58,062 bases of DNA from a virus (Duplodnaviria; Caudoviricetes): positions 1 through 58,062 of the IMG/VR virus record IMGVR_UViG_3300037608_000036, one strand, 5' to 3'. The notes below the pieces were generated by a model. That model was not told where the DNA came from. It was given only the letters and a program-made list of their open reading frames with translations, and did not search any database. How positions within the stretch are numbered: position 1 is the stretch's first letter; each line of letters begins with the position of its first letter. Both the position numbers and the translations under genes were made by a program. Shown here one piece after another: positions 49,414 through 58,062 of the stretch.

Positions 49414-50277
49414 TTAAAACTGAAACGCTCCCTTACTTGTGCGGGTAGCGACTTTGGCGACTTTAAAAATCTTGACACCCGAAATATTGCGGGCGCCGGC
49501 CTTCACCTGATTATTGACCCACGGACTCAGGGCCTTGATTACTTCGGCTTTCCGGGACTCAAAAGCGGCATCCGGCAGGGCCTTGATGTCAGTGATTTCA
49601 AAGCTCCATTCCTCTTTCAGCTTTGCCGTCCCGGATTCCGTTGATACTTTGGTTTCGGCAGGCATCTCTTGGGCGACGACGACCGGGGCGGCCTCGACCA
49701 TGGCGGCGGCCTGTTGTGCCAATATGGCCGCTTCTCTTTTGGTCATACCTTCGGCAAGGGCGGCTTTCCGGGCGGCTTCGGCGGCGGCCTGCCTTTCCGC
49801 TTCGGCCTTATCGTCCAGCTCCTTTTGTATCCGGTCCCGTTCCTCTTGGGCTTTGCGCTCTGCTTCCCGGCGCTCATTTTCTTTTTTGGTAAGATACGGC
49901 TGGATTTTGCCGTTGAGGTGTTGCTGGATTTCGGCGGTCCGGTCCTTCAGGTGCTTCGTTTCGCCATCCAAGACTTTCACAACTTCCAAATATGGGGCCT
50001 TCAATTCAACCCGTTTTTTTTCGATGGCTTGGGCCAATGCCTTTGCCTGAGTCGTGTAGGTCGTGGCAACGGATAGGCTGTTGTCGTCAATAACCATCAG
50101 CCCCATGCTTTTGTTAGCCATCAAGTCGATTTCGCCGTGGAAGCGTTTAAACAGGTCCAGCAATGGGGCGGCATCAAAGGGATCATGCTTGACCGGCAGT
50201 TTGTATTCGACCGGCTCCGGCTGTTCCTCGGCTTCTGTAAAAGCATCAATCGGTTCTGGATTTAAGAAATTAACCAT
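49414..50277 (-). CDS. Coiled-coil hypothetical protein of the recombination module
   Basis: Long EA/K-rich helix; C-terminal 'R.I.GV.IF' as in Gp157/DUF1351-like proteins. Confidence 0.65.
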   Translation of the reverse strand: MVNFLNPEPIDAFTEAEEQPEPVEYKLPVKHDPFDAAPLLDLFKRFHGEIDLMANKSMGLMVIDDNSLSVATTYTTQAKALAQAIEKKRVELKAPYLEVVKVLDGETKHLKDRTAEIQQHLNGKIQPYLTKKENERREAERKAQEERDRIQKELDDKAEAERQAAAEAARKAALAEGMTKREAAILAQQAAAMVEAAPVVVAQEMPAETKVSTESGTAKLKEEWSFEITDIKALPDAAFESRKAEVIKALSPWVNNQVKAGARNISGVKIFKVAKVATRTSKGAFQF

Positions 50278-50291
50278 GAGTCACCTTCCTT

Positions 50292-50510
50292 TCAGTTAAA
50301 GTTTTTACGGTCTTCTTCTTGTTTTTTTATCAACTCTTTCCATTTATTTCGGCAAACAGCGCACATATATTGGTCGTTGCCGTCACAATAAAGATCAAGT
50401 TCGTTTTTAAAGAAATAACTGATAGACGATGATTCAACTGCTTGAGATGTCGTCTCTGAAAATGCCGCTTTTCCGCAAACGTCACACTTTGCTATAATTA
50501 TTAGTTTCAT
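50292..50510 (-). CDS. Small Zn-finger hypothetical protein
   Basis: CDVC..CAVC; AAGGAG RBS. Confidence 0.6.
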   Translation of the reverse strand: MKLIIIAKCDVCGKAAFSETTSQAVESSSISYFFKNELDLYCDGNDQYMCAVCRNKWKELIKKQEEDRKNFN

Positions 50511-50522
50511 CTGGTATCTCCT

Positions 50523-51065
50523 TTAATTAAAAAAGTAATGGGCGTTAATAAGTCCTAAGAAAACATTAAACTCGCGTCTAAAGTCCGCCTTGTATTCCGT
50601 AGCCAGACAGCCCGTACCGTCCGATTTAAGGCGTAAGGTTATGCCCCGGTGTGTCGGTATGGGTTTTTCTTTTTTCGTGGCTAAATGGCGATATGCGGCG
50701 TTCTGCAGGGCGTACCATTTGGCATCGGCAGCGCCGGTTTTCAGGTCGACCAGAATATTCCCGCTTGTGGATTTGTGGGTTATGATTAGATCAGGCTTCC
50801 CGCAGAATCTTAAGGCCGGGTCAATCAGCCGTTCCTCTGCCAGTAAAACCTTATCTGTGTTGCCAGACCACTTTTTAAACGACTCGAAATAGCCTTTCCA
50901 TTCAGCCGGCAGGGGCGGAACGAATAAACCTTGAACGTAAGCGGAACAGGCGGCATGAACGGCGCTCCCCCGGGCGGCGCTTTCTTCGGTAAACCATTCC
51001 GTGTTGATATACGGCCGGATGATTTGGGTTACGGAGGGATATGGTGTGTCGTTGACGTAGGTCAT
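50523..51065 (-). CDS. PD-(D/E)XK exonuclease
   Basis: 'PSVTQI', 'RGS.VH', 'E', 'GKPD', 'VDLKTG', 'Q..AY'. Confidence 0.88.
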   Translation of the reverse strand: MTYVNDTPYPSVTQIIRPYINTEWFTEESAARGSAVHAACSAYVQGLFVPPLPAEWKGYFESFKKWSGNTDKVLLAEERLIDPALRFCGKPDLIITHKSTSGNILVDLKTGAADAKWYALQNAAYRHLATKKEKPIPTHRGITLRLKSDGTGCLATEYKADFRREFNVFLGLINAHYFFN

Positions 51066-51346
51066 TCTGCTGCCCTTTGTTCCGTGGCCATACGCACCGC
51101 CGCCGCTTCCATCCGGCGCGTGAAAAGCATTTCTTCCAGCCAGGTCGGATAAATCCGCGCGTACTCAGCGCACTTTTCGCAAACAGGCAGCTTGGTTTCG
51201 TGCTCATGTTCGCCGGTCATTTTTACGCTGGCAAAAAACGTGGCGTTCCCGTTTACGCCGTGGCAGACGTAGCAGGGGAACGCTCCCGGCTCAGGTGTGT
51301 AAACTCTCCATTCGATTGGTTCAATGGTTGTGATTTCAAATGACAT
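51062..51346 (-). CDS. Hypothetical Zn-binding protein
   Basis: AAGGAGG RBS before MSFEI; CYVC..CEKC. Confidence 0.6.
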   Translation of the reverse strand: MSFEITTIEPIEWRVYTPEPGAFPCYVCHGVNGNATFFASVKMTGEHEHETKLPVCEKCAEYARIYPTWLEEMLFTRRMEAAAVRMATEQRAAE

Positions 51347-51368
51347 CGGCAGCCTCCTTTTTGATGGT

Positions 51369-51614
51369 TTAAATCTTGATCCCGACAAACCCTGTCCGGC
51401 CCTGGATGGTCAGCCCGGCGACGTAATGGCCAGCCTCGGCAAAATCGGGATGCTTGGCGATGTGACTGCACGTTTTACAGAATACTCGCGGCGTCCCGTT
51501 CCCGGTCCAGAAGATCCGGGCCTTGTGGGAGATGCCGCAGCGTGGGCACTTGCAAGCGGTTAGACGCTCTTTGGAAACCTCATTGCAATACTGCCCGTAT
51601 CGCGGATGTGCCAC
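51369..51614 (-). CDS. Hypothetical Zn-finger protein
   Basis: CPRC..CKTC; AGGAG RBS. Confidence 0.55.
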   Translation of the reverse strand: MAHPRYGQYCNEVSKERLTACKCPRCGISHKARIFWTGNGTPRVFCKTCSHIAKHPDFAEAGHYVAGLTIQGRTGFVGIKI

Positions 51615-51627
51615 GGCAAGCTCCTGT

Positions 51628-51864
51628 TTATTCTGCGCGCAAATGGTTAATTCTGCGCGAGTGCCGCGCCATCTTGTTTTTGACTTTCCGATGTTCCCGA
51701 TATGCCCGCGAAAACGACCGGGACCCTTGAATTTCTAACTTCGGTTGATAGTAAACCTCGGTTCCTTTGACCGCCCGGCCCTTGAGATACTGCTTTAAAT
51801 TCTCAGCCTCGGCCTTGATTCTCGCCCGGTACTTGTCAAACGCTTCCCCAATTTGTCTAAACAT
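51628..51864 (-). CDS. Basic hypothetical protein
   Basis: GGAGG RBS; Arg/Lys-rich C-terminus. Confidence 0.55.
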   Translation of the reverse strand: MFRQIGEAFDKYRARIKAEAENLKQYLKGRAVKGTEVYYQPKLEIQGSRSFSRAYREHRKVKNKMARHSRRINHLRAE

Positions 51865-52090
51865 GATGGCAACCTCCCTTTAGCTGATACGTTTCTGTCG
51901 TGCCGCACCTGTCGGCGTGTGGGCTTTGTCTGGATCGGATTAAATTGGCTATTGCCTACCGTCTCAGATCGGGCTGCCCGGAGACTGACGGTGATAAGAC
52001 CCTGCTCCATGTTGCCCTTATTGCTGTTCCGTTCCCTCCCGGTCTCCCGGTCGCCAGCCCGTCGCCTTGCGATGGGGCCAGACGGTAAAA

Positions 52091-52741
52091 CTAAGCAATA
52101 ATTTTATTAACCATAACGGTTAATTTTTTATTAAATTTTGTTATTCCCGCATCCCATGCCGCATCCCTTGCCGCATCCCTTGCCGCAGCCCATGCCGCAT
52201 CCCTTGCCGCAGCCCATGCCGCATCCCTTGCCGCATCCCATGCCGCATCCCTTGCCGCAGCCCTTGCCGCAGCCCATGCCGCATCCCTTGCCGCATCCCT
52301 TGCCGCATCCCATGCCGCCGCATCCCTTGCCGCATCCCATGCCGCATCCCTGATAGATTCATCCCCTGTTTTTAAATATCTGACAACAATTTCAGGCGGA
52401 TTCCAAAGGTGGATAACAGAAAGGGCACATTGCCGAGCGAACAGGCGCAGTGTGTCGGTAATGTCAACCCCACCGGAAACATAAGTGCGCTCTGAGCAAG
52501 CATATTTATCAACGGGATCACCATGCGGTACAATGACGCCGCTGCCGACAACCTTGTAAATCACGGGGCCGGGAGCGTATTGCAAGGCGTCAATAATCCG
52601 CTTAGACAAATGCAGCCCATGTTCGCAAGGTATAATTTCACCCTTGACTTTATAGGTTTTCCCAATAACGATTTTTCTTCCGTCGCCATTCAGTAGCTTT
52701 TTATCGGTGGTTCCAAACCACCATCCTTGAACTTGTTTCAT
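52091..52741 (-). CDS. Phage protein with (D/A)AA(W/R) repeats
   Basis: 'C..GLH', 'AL.YAPG' N-terminal domain plus a tetrapeptide repeat tract. Confidence 0.8.
   Translation of the reverse strand: MKQVQGWWFGTTDKKLLNGDGRKIVIGKTYKVKGEIIPCEHGLHLSKRIIDALQYAPGPVIYKVVGSGVIVPHGDPVDKYACSERTYVSGGVDITDTLRLFARQCALSVIHLWNPPEIVVRYLKTGDESIRDAAWDAARDAAAWDAARDAARDAAWAAARAAARDAAWDAARDAAWAAARDAAWAAARDAARDAAWDAGITKFNKKLTVMVNKIIA
52148..52351 (-). repeat. 12-bp tandem array (about 17 units)
   Basis: Plus-strand unit gccgca(t/g)ccc(a/t)t, with one 3-bp insertion. Confidence 0.95.
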
Positions 52742-52765
52742 ATACCCTCTCGATCGGTGGTTAAT

Positions 52766-52806
52766 AAAAAAGGCGGCACCGGCTCTTTCGAGTCAATGTC
52801 GCCTTT
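52766..52806 (-). terminator. Intrinsic terminator after the first early gene
   Basis: aaaggcggca..tgtcgccttt stem with a U tract on the minus strand. Confidence 0.65.
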
Positions 52807-52841
52807 GATTTGCCCCTTGCGGGGCGGTTCGGTGGCGTTAG

Positions 52842-53309
52842 TTAGTTAAGTTTTACGCCCATATTTCGGGCGATAATAAAAATTTCTCTTACCTCCGATT
52901 TTCGGAGGTGATCCTCAATCCTCCTCCGAATCTTTTTAACCCACTCATCCACAACGGGACGATGGGCGTTATTTTCTGAAAATGGGTCGCAGGTATAACA
53001 AACGTCTCGCCCAAGAATTTCGGACTGATATTCAGAATATTCGTGTTTGTCGCAGAAAGGCCAGCCGGTCGGTCCTGCTGGTGTTAGCGGGATCGCGGAA
53101 TACCAAGAAAAAATAAACCCCTTGGTTCCGTCCTCCGATTCGGTATCGTTAATGGACTTGGAGTCAATGATACCGGAGGTAATTAGAAGTTCCATTGCTT
53201 CGATCGCAACCGCATCGTCGACAGCCGCAAATCCGAAGTGATGAACACAATAGCCAGCGCGATCTCCGGCCTTAAACTCAACAATTTTGCTTTCGATATA
53301 ACTTTGCAT
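52842..53309 (-). CDS. First early gene, hypothetical protein
   Basis: AAAGGGGA RBS before MQSY; directly downstream of the leftward promoter. Confidence 0.65.
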   Translation of the reverse strand: MQSYIESKIVEFKAGDRAGYCVHHFGFAAVDDAVAIEAMELLITSGIIDSKSINDTESEDGTKGFIFSWYSAIPLTPAGPTGWPFCDKHEYSEYQSEILGRDVCYTCDPFSENNAHRPVVDEWVKKIRRRIEDHLRKSEVREIFIIARNMGVKLN

Positions 53310-53428
53310 TTTAGTCCCCTTTCCTTGCCCCGCAGGGCTTTGATTTGAGCGGGCCAGTGTAGCTCCCGACCACCTGGACAACCCAGGCCGGGCCTTGACC
53401 CTTGGCTTTCTCTGGAATCGTTGGCTGT

Positions 53429-53457
53429 ATTCTAAATTTGTTTTTTTGATTTGTCAA
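53429..53457 (-). promoter_or_regulatory. Leftward early sigma70 promoter
   Basis: TTGACA-17 bp-TAGAAT on the minus strand. Confidence 0.8.
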
Positions 53458-53501
53458 GTCTTTTTTTTTGATAGTGATAAAATACATTCAAAAAATATTT
53501 G

Positions 53502-53530
53502 TTGACAGAATTTTAAATGTTCTGTATCAT
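53502..53530 (+). promoter_or_regulatory. Rightward sigma70 promoter
   Basis: TTGACA-17 bp-TATCAT. Confidence 0.8.
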
Positions 53531-53536
53531 ACCGCC

Positions 53537-53734
53537 ATGAAGCTAAATACCAACAAAATCAAAAACGAGTTGAAGCGCCTGGGCTGGACGCCATACCGAC
53601 TTTCAAAAAAAATGAAGATGGCAAACCAGACCGTCTATAAAATTCTCAATTCAGACGGGACAGGCTACACCTTTCGCACCGTTGAAAGGTTTGCAGGCGC
53701 CTTAAACATCGACCCCAAAGATCTGATTGTTTAG
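53537..53734 (+). CDS. Cro/CI-type HTH transcriptional regulator
   Basis: 'LKRLGWTPYRLSKKM.MANQTVYKIL...TVERFAGALNIDPKDLI'; at the divergent promoter pair. Confidence 0.85.
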   Translation: MKLNTNKIKNELKRLGWTPYRLSKKMKMANQTVYKILNSDGTGYTFRTVERFAGALNIDPKDLIV

Positions 53735-53780
53735 GGTTCTTTTACCCCAAAAACCATCCATGCCACAAGATAGGGGATTT

Positions 53781-55400
53781 ATGATTTCATTAACACCCTC
53801 GGATATCACGGTCGATTTTAAAAAATTCGACCTCGAAGCCTACAATGTATTTCTTCAATCCAAAAAACTGCCAGAATACAATTTATCATACGACTGGCAG
53901 ACGGACACCTATCAACTCAAATGCCCTTCACGGTTCGCCCATGTTTTCGGACTGGAACGGCCGGACATCGAAAGGGACTGGCTACCAGCAAATCAAAACC
54001 TGTTTGATTATCAACACTGGATTGTTTACACGCTGGCCCTGCCTGCCAAGCGGTTTGCCGTATGGTGCGACACCGGCTTAGGCAAAGCATTTATGATGCT
54101 GGAAATGGCGCGTCAGGTCATGCACAAAACGGCCGGCCGGGTGCTGATGATCGTACCGCTAAACCTGATCCAGCAGACCCTTGAGGAGGCGGGGAAATTT
54201 TACGGCGCTGACTATCCAGAAATTGAGCGGTTGGAATCGCGCAAGGCTCTAAAAGATTTCTGTACCGGATACGGGCCCGGACTTGGGATCATCAATCCTG
54301 AAAAGTTCATCCCGCGAAAAGACGACCAGGAAACCATATCCGAATGTCAGTGGCTATCCGGCGCCCTGCTGGATGAAGCCAGTATTTTAAAATCAGGCGG
54401 AGGTACGATTAAATGGGCGCTGATCAAATCCTGCAGGGGCATCGAATACAAGTACACCTTCACCGCGACGCCGGCGCCGAACGAGACGATGGAGTATGCG
54501 AGCCAGGGAAGTTTTCTGGAAAAGCTGCGATCCGAAGGCGAAATCATCTGGACGTTTTTTATTCGCACAAAAGACGGCGACTGGAAGATTAAAGACAATG
54601 CCCGCGGCGCGTTCTACCGCTTTTTGTCCGGCTGGTCAATTTATATGCGCGATCCGGCAAGGTACGGATTTCAGGACCATTTGAAGGACCTGCCGAAACC
54701 TGTTCACCGCGAATATAAGATCGAGCCTACCGCAGAGCAATTATCGTTTGTCCGCAGGATGCCGGACCACACAGGGCAGTTGACATTATTACCGGATAGC
54801 TCCGGCGACAAGCTGGAAATGGTACAGCGGATTAAATATTCAGAAATAGCCAAGGGTTTTTATTACAGTGAAGGCGGCGCCGTTCCGATCGATTCAAAGA
54901 AGCCGGACTTTGTGGCCGACATAGTAAAGAAGGACCTGCACAGCGGGCTAAAGGTCTTAGTCTGGACCGTGTTTGACGAAGAAAGCCGCATCCTGTTCGA
55001 CAAGATCAGCGGCAATGGCCACAAGATCGACGTTCTGACCGGCAAACTCCCGAAGAAAGACCGCATACCCATTGTTGAGAATTTCAGGACCGGGAAAACA
55101 GATTGCCTTATCACAAAAGCCAAGCTCTTAGGGTACGGTTTAAACTTCCAGGTGTGCGGATCAAATGTAATTTCAGGGTTTAACGATTCGGAGGAACAGA
55201 GATACCAGTTAGAGCGCAGATCGTACCGCTACGGGCAGAAGAAGGCTGTCAAAATGCACTATCCCTACATCCCCGAATTAGAGGGAATCGTGCTGGACAA
55301 CATCAACCGGAAAAGGGCGCGGACTGAAACAGAGGTCCGCACAATGGAAAACGAATATATCAAAGCCATGGAGGGAAATTTACATGCAGCCGGATATTAA
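53781..55400 (+). CDS. SNF2/SF2-like helicase
   Basis: 'DTGLGK', 'LDEAS', 'TATPAPN', 'GYGLNFQ', 'Q..RR.YRYGQ'. Confidence 0.88.
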   Translation: MISLTPSDITVDFKKFDLEAYNVFLQSKKLPEYNLSYDWQTDTYQLKCPSRFAHVFGLERPDIERDWLPANQNLFDYQHWIVYTLALPAKRFAVWCDTGLGKAFMMLEMARQVMHKTAGRVLMIVPLNLIQQTLEEAGKFYGADYPEIERLESRKALKDFCTGYGPGLGIINPEKFIPRKDDQETISECQWLSGALLDEASILKSGGGTIKWALIKSCRGIEYKYTFTATPAPNETMEYASQGSFLEKLRSEGEIIWTFFIRTKDGDWKIKDNARGAFYRFLSGWSIYMRDPARYGFQDHLKDLPKPVHREYKIEPTAEQLSFVRRMPDHTGQLTLLPDSSGDKLEMVQRIKYSEIAKGFYYSEGGAVPIDSKKPDFVADIVKKDLHSGLKVLVWTVFDEESRILFDKISGNGHKIDVLTGKLPKKDRIPIVENFRTGKTDCLITKAKLLGYGLNFQVCGSNVISGFNDSEEQRYQLERRSYRYGQKKAVKMHYPYIPELEGIVLDNINRKRARTETEVRTMENEYIKAMEGNLHAAGY

Positions 55401-56040
55401 AATATGCGCATGCTGTAAATTGCCTTTGCCGGTCGATTATTTTTACAAAGACAGAAGGGCTGCGGATGGGCTTTATTCAAGTTGTAAGGCGTGTTCTTCT
55501 GTCGCGTCGCTGCGACATCAGAAAAAATCACAGGCAAAAGAATTACGAAAACTTCGCGATGCGTCCGCCGAATATATCGAAAAAAGAAGGCTGTATGAAA
55601 GAAGCCGGCGCGAAAACGGATACTATGAGCAGGAAAGTATAAAGGGAAGCCGAAAGAGATATTTTTCAGGAGACGCCGCTATTAAAAGCAGGCGTGAAAG
55701 GACCATAAAAAGAAGGTCGGAAAATCCAAAATATAGACTTAGGATGAATATAAGTTGTTCTGTTTGGCAATCGTTAAAAAGGGTAAATAGCTGCAAGGCG
55801 GCAGGATGGCAATCGTTTGTCGGATATTCATTAAACCAATTAAAAACTCACCTTGAAAGACAGTTTCTTCCAGGCATGACATGGGAAAATTATGGAAAGT
55901 GGCACATTGACCACAAACTGCCGGTCACCAGTTTTAATTTTACAAGTTCGGCTGACGAAGACTTCAAGCGCTGCTGGGCGCTTGAAAACCTACAACCGCT
56001 ATGGGCAGAACAAAACAGAAGAAAGGGGAACAGATGGTAA
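55384..56040 (+). CDS. HNH endonuclease (homing-type)
   Basis: N-terminal CxxC..DGL..CKAC; C-terminal 'MTWENYGKWHIDH..P...NLQPLWA..N..K'. Confidence 0.8.
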   Translation: MQPDIKICACCKLPLPVDYFYKDRRAADGLYSSCKACSSVASLRHQKKSQAKELRKLRDASAEYIEKRRLYERSRRENGYYEQESIKGSRKRYFSGDAAIKSRRERTIKRRSENPKYRLRMNISCSVWQSLKRVNSCKAAGWQSFVGYSLNQLKTHLERQFLPGMTWENYGKWHIDHKLPVTSFNFTSSADEDFKRCWALENLQPLWAEQNRRKGNRW

Positions 56041-57119
56041 ACGTTAATATTTATAATGAAGACTGTATTCCGGGGATGGGTGCCCGGTTGGGCGCCGACA
56101 GTATCGACTGCTGCATAACGTCGATACCGTTTGGCGCTCTTTTTTCTTACTCTCACAAAAACGAGGATATTGGGAATAACATCGATGGAACCGAAATGCA
56201 CAAAGGACAATTTGGGCTACATTTAAGGTTTTGGATTGAACAATTATACAGGGTTTTAAAGCCCGGCTGCATAGCAGCAATTCACGTTCAACAACTGCTC
56301 CGCTACAAGGTGCAGCATGGATTCCAAGGATTAAGAGATTTTCGCGGATCAGTTATTAGTATGATGGAACTGCACGGATTTCAGCCACACGGGGAAGTCG
56401 CTATCGTTAAAAACCCGCAGGCGGTGGCCAGGCGCTTGAATTTACACTCCCTGATGTTCGCCACAGCCTACCGCAACAGCCGGGACCTATCGCCGGCCAT
56501 GAACGATTATGTTCTGTTTTTTAAAAAGCCGGGCGAAACCCCTATCCAGGGCATTATCGAGGCTAACCGCAACATCAAACTGGTCGAGCCGTCACCCATT
56601 ATCGAATACCTGCACGATAAAAACGTGAAGCGCGTCCGGCCGGATTATAAAGAAATTCCGTATCAGGTAGAAACCTATGATCCAAACTTACCGCCAGGCG
56701 CAGCCGGACAGATGGACGTAAAAACCGTAACGGGCGGAAAGCATATAAACCCTGCAGGATGGTTTACCAAGATCGACTGGATTAAGTGGGCGCATGGGTG
56801 CTGGACCGATATACAAGAGATTGACACCCTGGAAGGTTGGCGCAAGTGCAAGGAAAACGAGGAAGAGCGGCACGTCTGCCCGCTGCAATTAGAAGTCATT
56901 CGGCGCTGCATGAAGCTTTACACGGCCCCCGGAGATACGGTTATCGATCCGTTTATGGGGATCGGTTCAACGGCGTACGTGGCAGTTGAGCAGGGCCGGA
57001 ATGCGGTCGGGTTTGAGTTAAAAGAATCTTATTATCGCTTTGCATTAAACAACGTCGATATGGCCTTCAATCGGTTTATAAACGAGCCGGAAAAACAGCA
57101 GTTGGAGCTATTCGCATGA
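56034..57119 (+). CDS. DNA N4-C/N6-A methyltransferase (beta class)
   Basis: Motif IV variant TSIPF near the N-terminus; 'H.CPLQ'; motif I 'DPFMGIGST'; 'GFELK..Y'. Confidence 0.88.
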   Translation: MVNVNIYNEDCIPGMGARLGADSIDCCITSIPFGALFSYSHKNEDIGNNIDGTEMHKGQFGLHLRFWIEQLYRVLKPGCIAAIHVQQLLRYKVQHGFQGLRDFRGSVISMMELHGFQPHGEVAIVKNPQAVARRLNLHSLMFATAYRNSRDLSPAMNDYVLFFKKPGETPIQGIIEANRNIKLVEPSPIIEYLHDKNVKRVRPDYKEIPYQVETYDPNLPPGAAGQMDVKTVTGGKHINPAGWFTKIDWIKWAHGCWTDIQEIDTLEGWRKCKENEEERHVCPLQLEVIRRCMKLYTAPGDTVIDPFMGIGSTAYVAVEQGRNAVGFELKESYYRFALNNVDMAFNRFINEPEKQQLELFA

Positions 57120-57583
57120 AAATCTATTTAAAAAACAGGTTTTGGTCAAAAGTAAATTTTAAGGGAAACAAAGGCTGCTGGGAATGGACCGCATCTTTAG
57201 ACGGAAAGGGATATGGCCAGATAAGTATTAACGGAAAGACCAAAAGAGCACATCACATTGCATGGGAGTTGACAGTTGGGAAAATACCGAAAGGAAAATT
57301 TATTTGCCACCATTGCGATAATAAGAAGTGTGTAAATCCAAATCATTTGTTTTTAGGAACACCGCTATCTAATATTCAAGACATGGACAAAAAGGGCCGG
57401 CGCATAAACTCACCATTGTGCGGGGAGAAACACGGTCGATCTAAATTAAAAAATTTAGATGTTCAAGAAATTAAAAACCTTATGAAAATCGGAATTAAAC
57501 AGCGTAAAATAGCGGAAATGTTCAATATTGGAGTTGGAACTATAAATCATATAGCTAAGGGAAGGCAATGGAAAAGCATATAA
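57116..57583 (+). CDS. HNH endonuclease with C-terminal HTH
   Basis: 'CWEW', 'GYG', 'AH', 'CHHCDN..CVNP.HL..GT...N..D'. Confidence 0.88.
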   Translation: MKIYLKNRFWSKVNFKGNKGCWEWTASLDGKGYGQISINGKTKRAHHIAWELTVGKIPKGKFICHHCDNKKCVNPNHLFLGTPLSNIQDMDKKGRRINSPLCGEKHGRSKLKNLDVQEIKNLMKIGIKQRKIAEMFNIGVGTINHIAKGRQWKSI

Positions 57584-57933
57584 TAAAACGTGTGTACCTT
57601 GCGTCGCCGTATAGCTCAACATCAAGGGCGATCCGCAACGACCGCTTCCGGGCAGCGTGTAGGGCCGCTGCTGATATTATCAAGGCAGGTCATGTCTGTT
57701 TTTCACCTATAACCCACAGTCACCATATAGCGGATTATATGGAAAATCATAACGATAGCGGATGTTGGTTAAAGCAGGACCTGAGCTTTTTAGACTCCTG
57801 GGCGGATGAACTTTGGGTTTTAATACTGGATGGTTGGCAGGAATCGAAGGGGATTAAGGCAGAGATTATGCATGCTTCCGGTATGTTGCCGATAAAATAC
57901 ATTAAAGGGAAATCTCCATGCCAAACCGAGTGA
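57568..57933 (+). CDS. DUF1937 / nucleoside deoxyribosyltransferase-like protein
   Basis: 'VYLASPYS', 'FSPI.HSH', 'D...L', 'GW.ES.G..AEI'. Confidence 0.8.
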   Translation: MEKHIIKRVYLASPYSSTSRAIRNDRFRAACRAAADIIKAGHVCFSPITHSHHIADYMENHNDSGCWLKQDLSFLDSWADELWVLILDGWQESKGIKAEIMHASGMLPIKYIKGKSPCQTE

Positions 57934-58062
57934 TAAAAGAATCTATCTGGACATCTCCAAACCTAAATAAATTATCTGATCTGGCCGAACGCCATTTTTA
58001 CAGAATACTTTGTCTGCCAGATGACTTCGGTTGCTGTGAGTTGACGGCGCTTGTCGTCAAGG
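57918..58062 (+). CDS. 5' part of the phage replication initiator (true ATG at 57918; continues across the join to 747)
   Basis: MPNRVIKESIWTSPNLNKLSDLAERHFYRIL...DDFG is in frame with ORF 106..747; typical N-terminus of phage replisome-organiser proteins. Confidence 0.8.
   Translation, partial: MPNRVIKESIWTSPNLNKLSDLAERHFYRILCLPDDFGCCELTALVVK
57936..58062. repeat. Terminal 127-bp direct repeat (copy 2)
   Basis: Identical to 1-127. Confidence 0.95.

Noticed and set aside
50523-51065. Cas4 / CRISPR adaptation gene
   Set aside because: Lacks the Fe-S cysteine set and sits in the Bet recombination module, so an ordinary phage exonuclease
56530-56760. Intein in the methyltransferase insert
   Set aside because: Too short and lacks the C/S start and HN-C/S/T end motifs
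1-58062. Complete DGR (RT plus TR/VR pair)
   Set aside because: No ORF with reverse-transcriptase motifs and no second dispersed copy of the repeat was seen; only the mutational signature is reported
57936-58062. Biological terminal repeat of the virion DNA
   Set aside because: The 127-bp length fits an assembler k-mer and it falls mid-gene; best read as a circularisation overlap
1-58062. tRNA genes or stop-codon recoding
   Set aside because: No cloverleaf noticed in the intergenic gaps; genes tile densely under the standard code

Overview
This window is a complete, circularly assembled dsDNA tailed-phage genome of about 57.9 kb. Bases 1-127 are repeated exactly at 57936-58062, and the replication-initiator ORF runs through that join. 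The organisation is podovirus-like. The plus strand carries SNF2-like helicase, HNH, DNA methyltransferase and replication genes, RusA, both terminase subunits, a P22-like portal, scaffold, an N4-gp56-type major capsid, tail adaptor and nozzle, ejection proteins, a beta-helix tailspike cassette, a 2155-aa polyvalent protein, a LamG protein and a lysis block. The minus-strand early arm (about 42.2-53.4 kb) has a Bet/RecT-type annealase, PD-(D/E)XK exonuclease, NinB, DUF5131, a PAPS-reductase-like protein and an Acb2/Tad1-like candidate anti-defence protein. I saw no integrase, tape measure, tRNA, CRISPR array or reverse transcriptase. The most unusual signals are: (1) a 57-bp tandem array in the tailspike whose nine variable sites all involve adenine, which is DGR-like although there is no RT; (2) one ~125-aa domain present in four different virion proteins; (3) a polyvalent protein punctuated by F-[SQ]-x-R linkers, with one module flanked by an exact 15-bp direct repeat; (4) boxA and terminator-switch elements in the late operon; (5) an ORF bracketed by integron-like core sites. 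All product calls come from motif recognition by eye, not from database searches.
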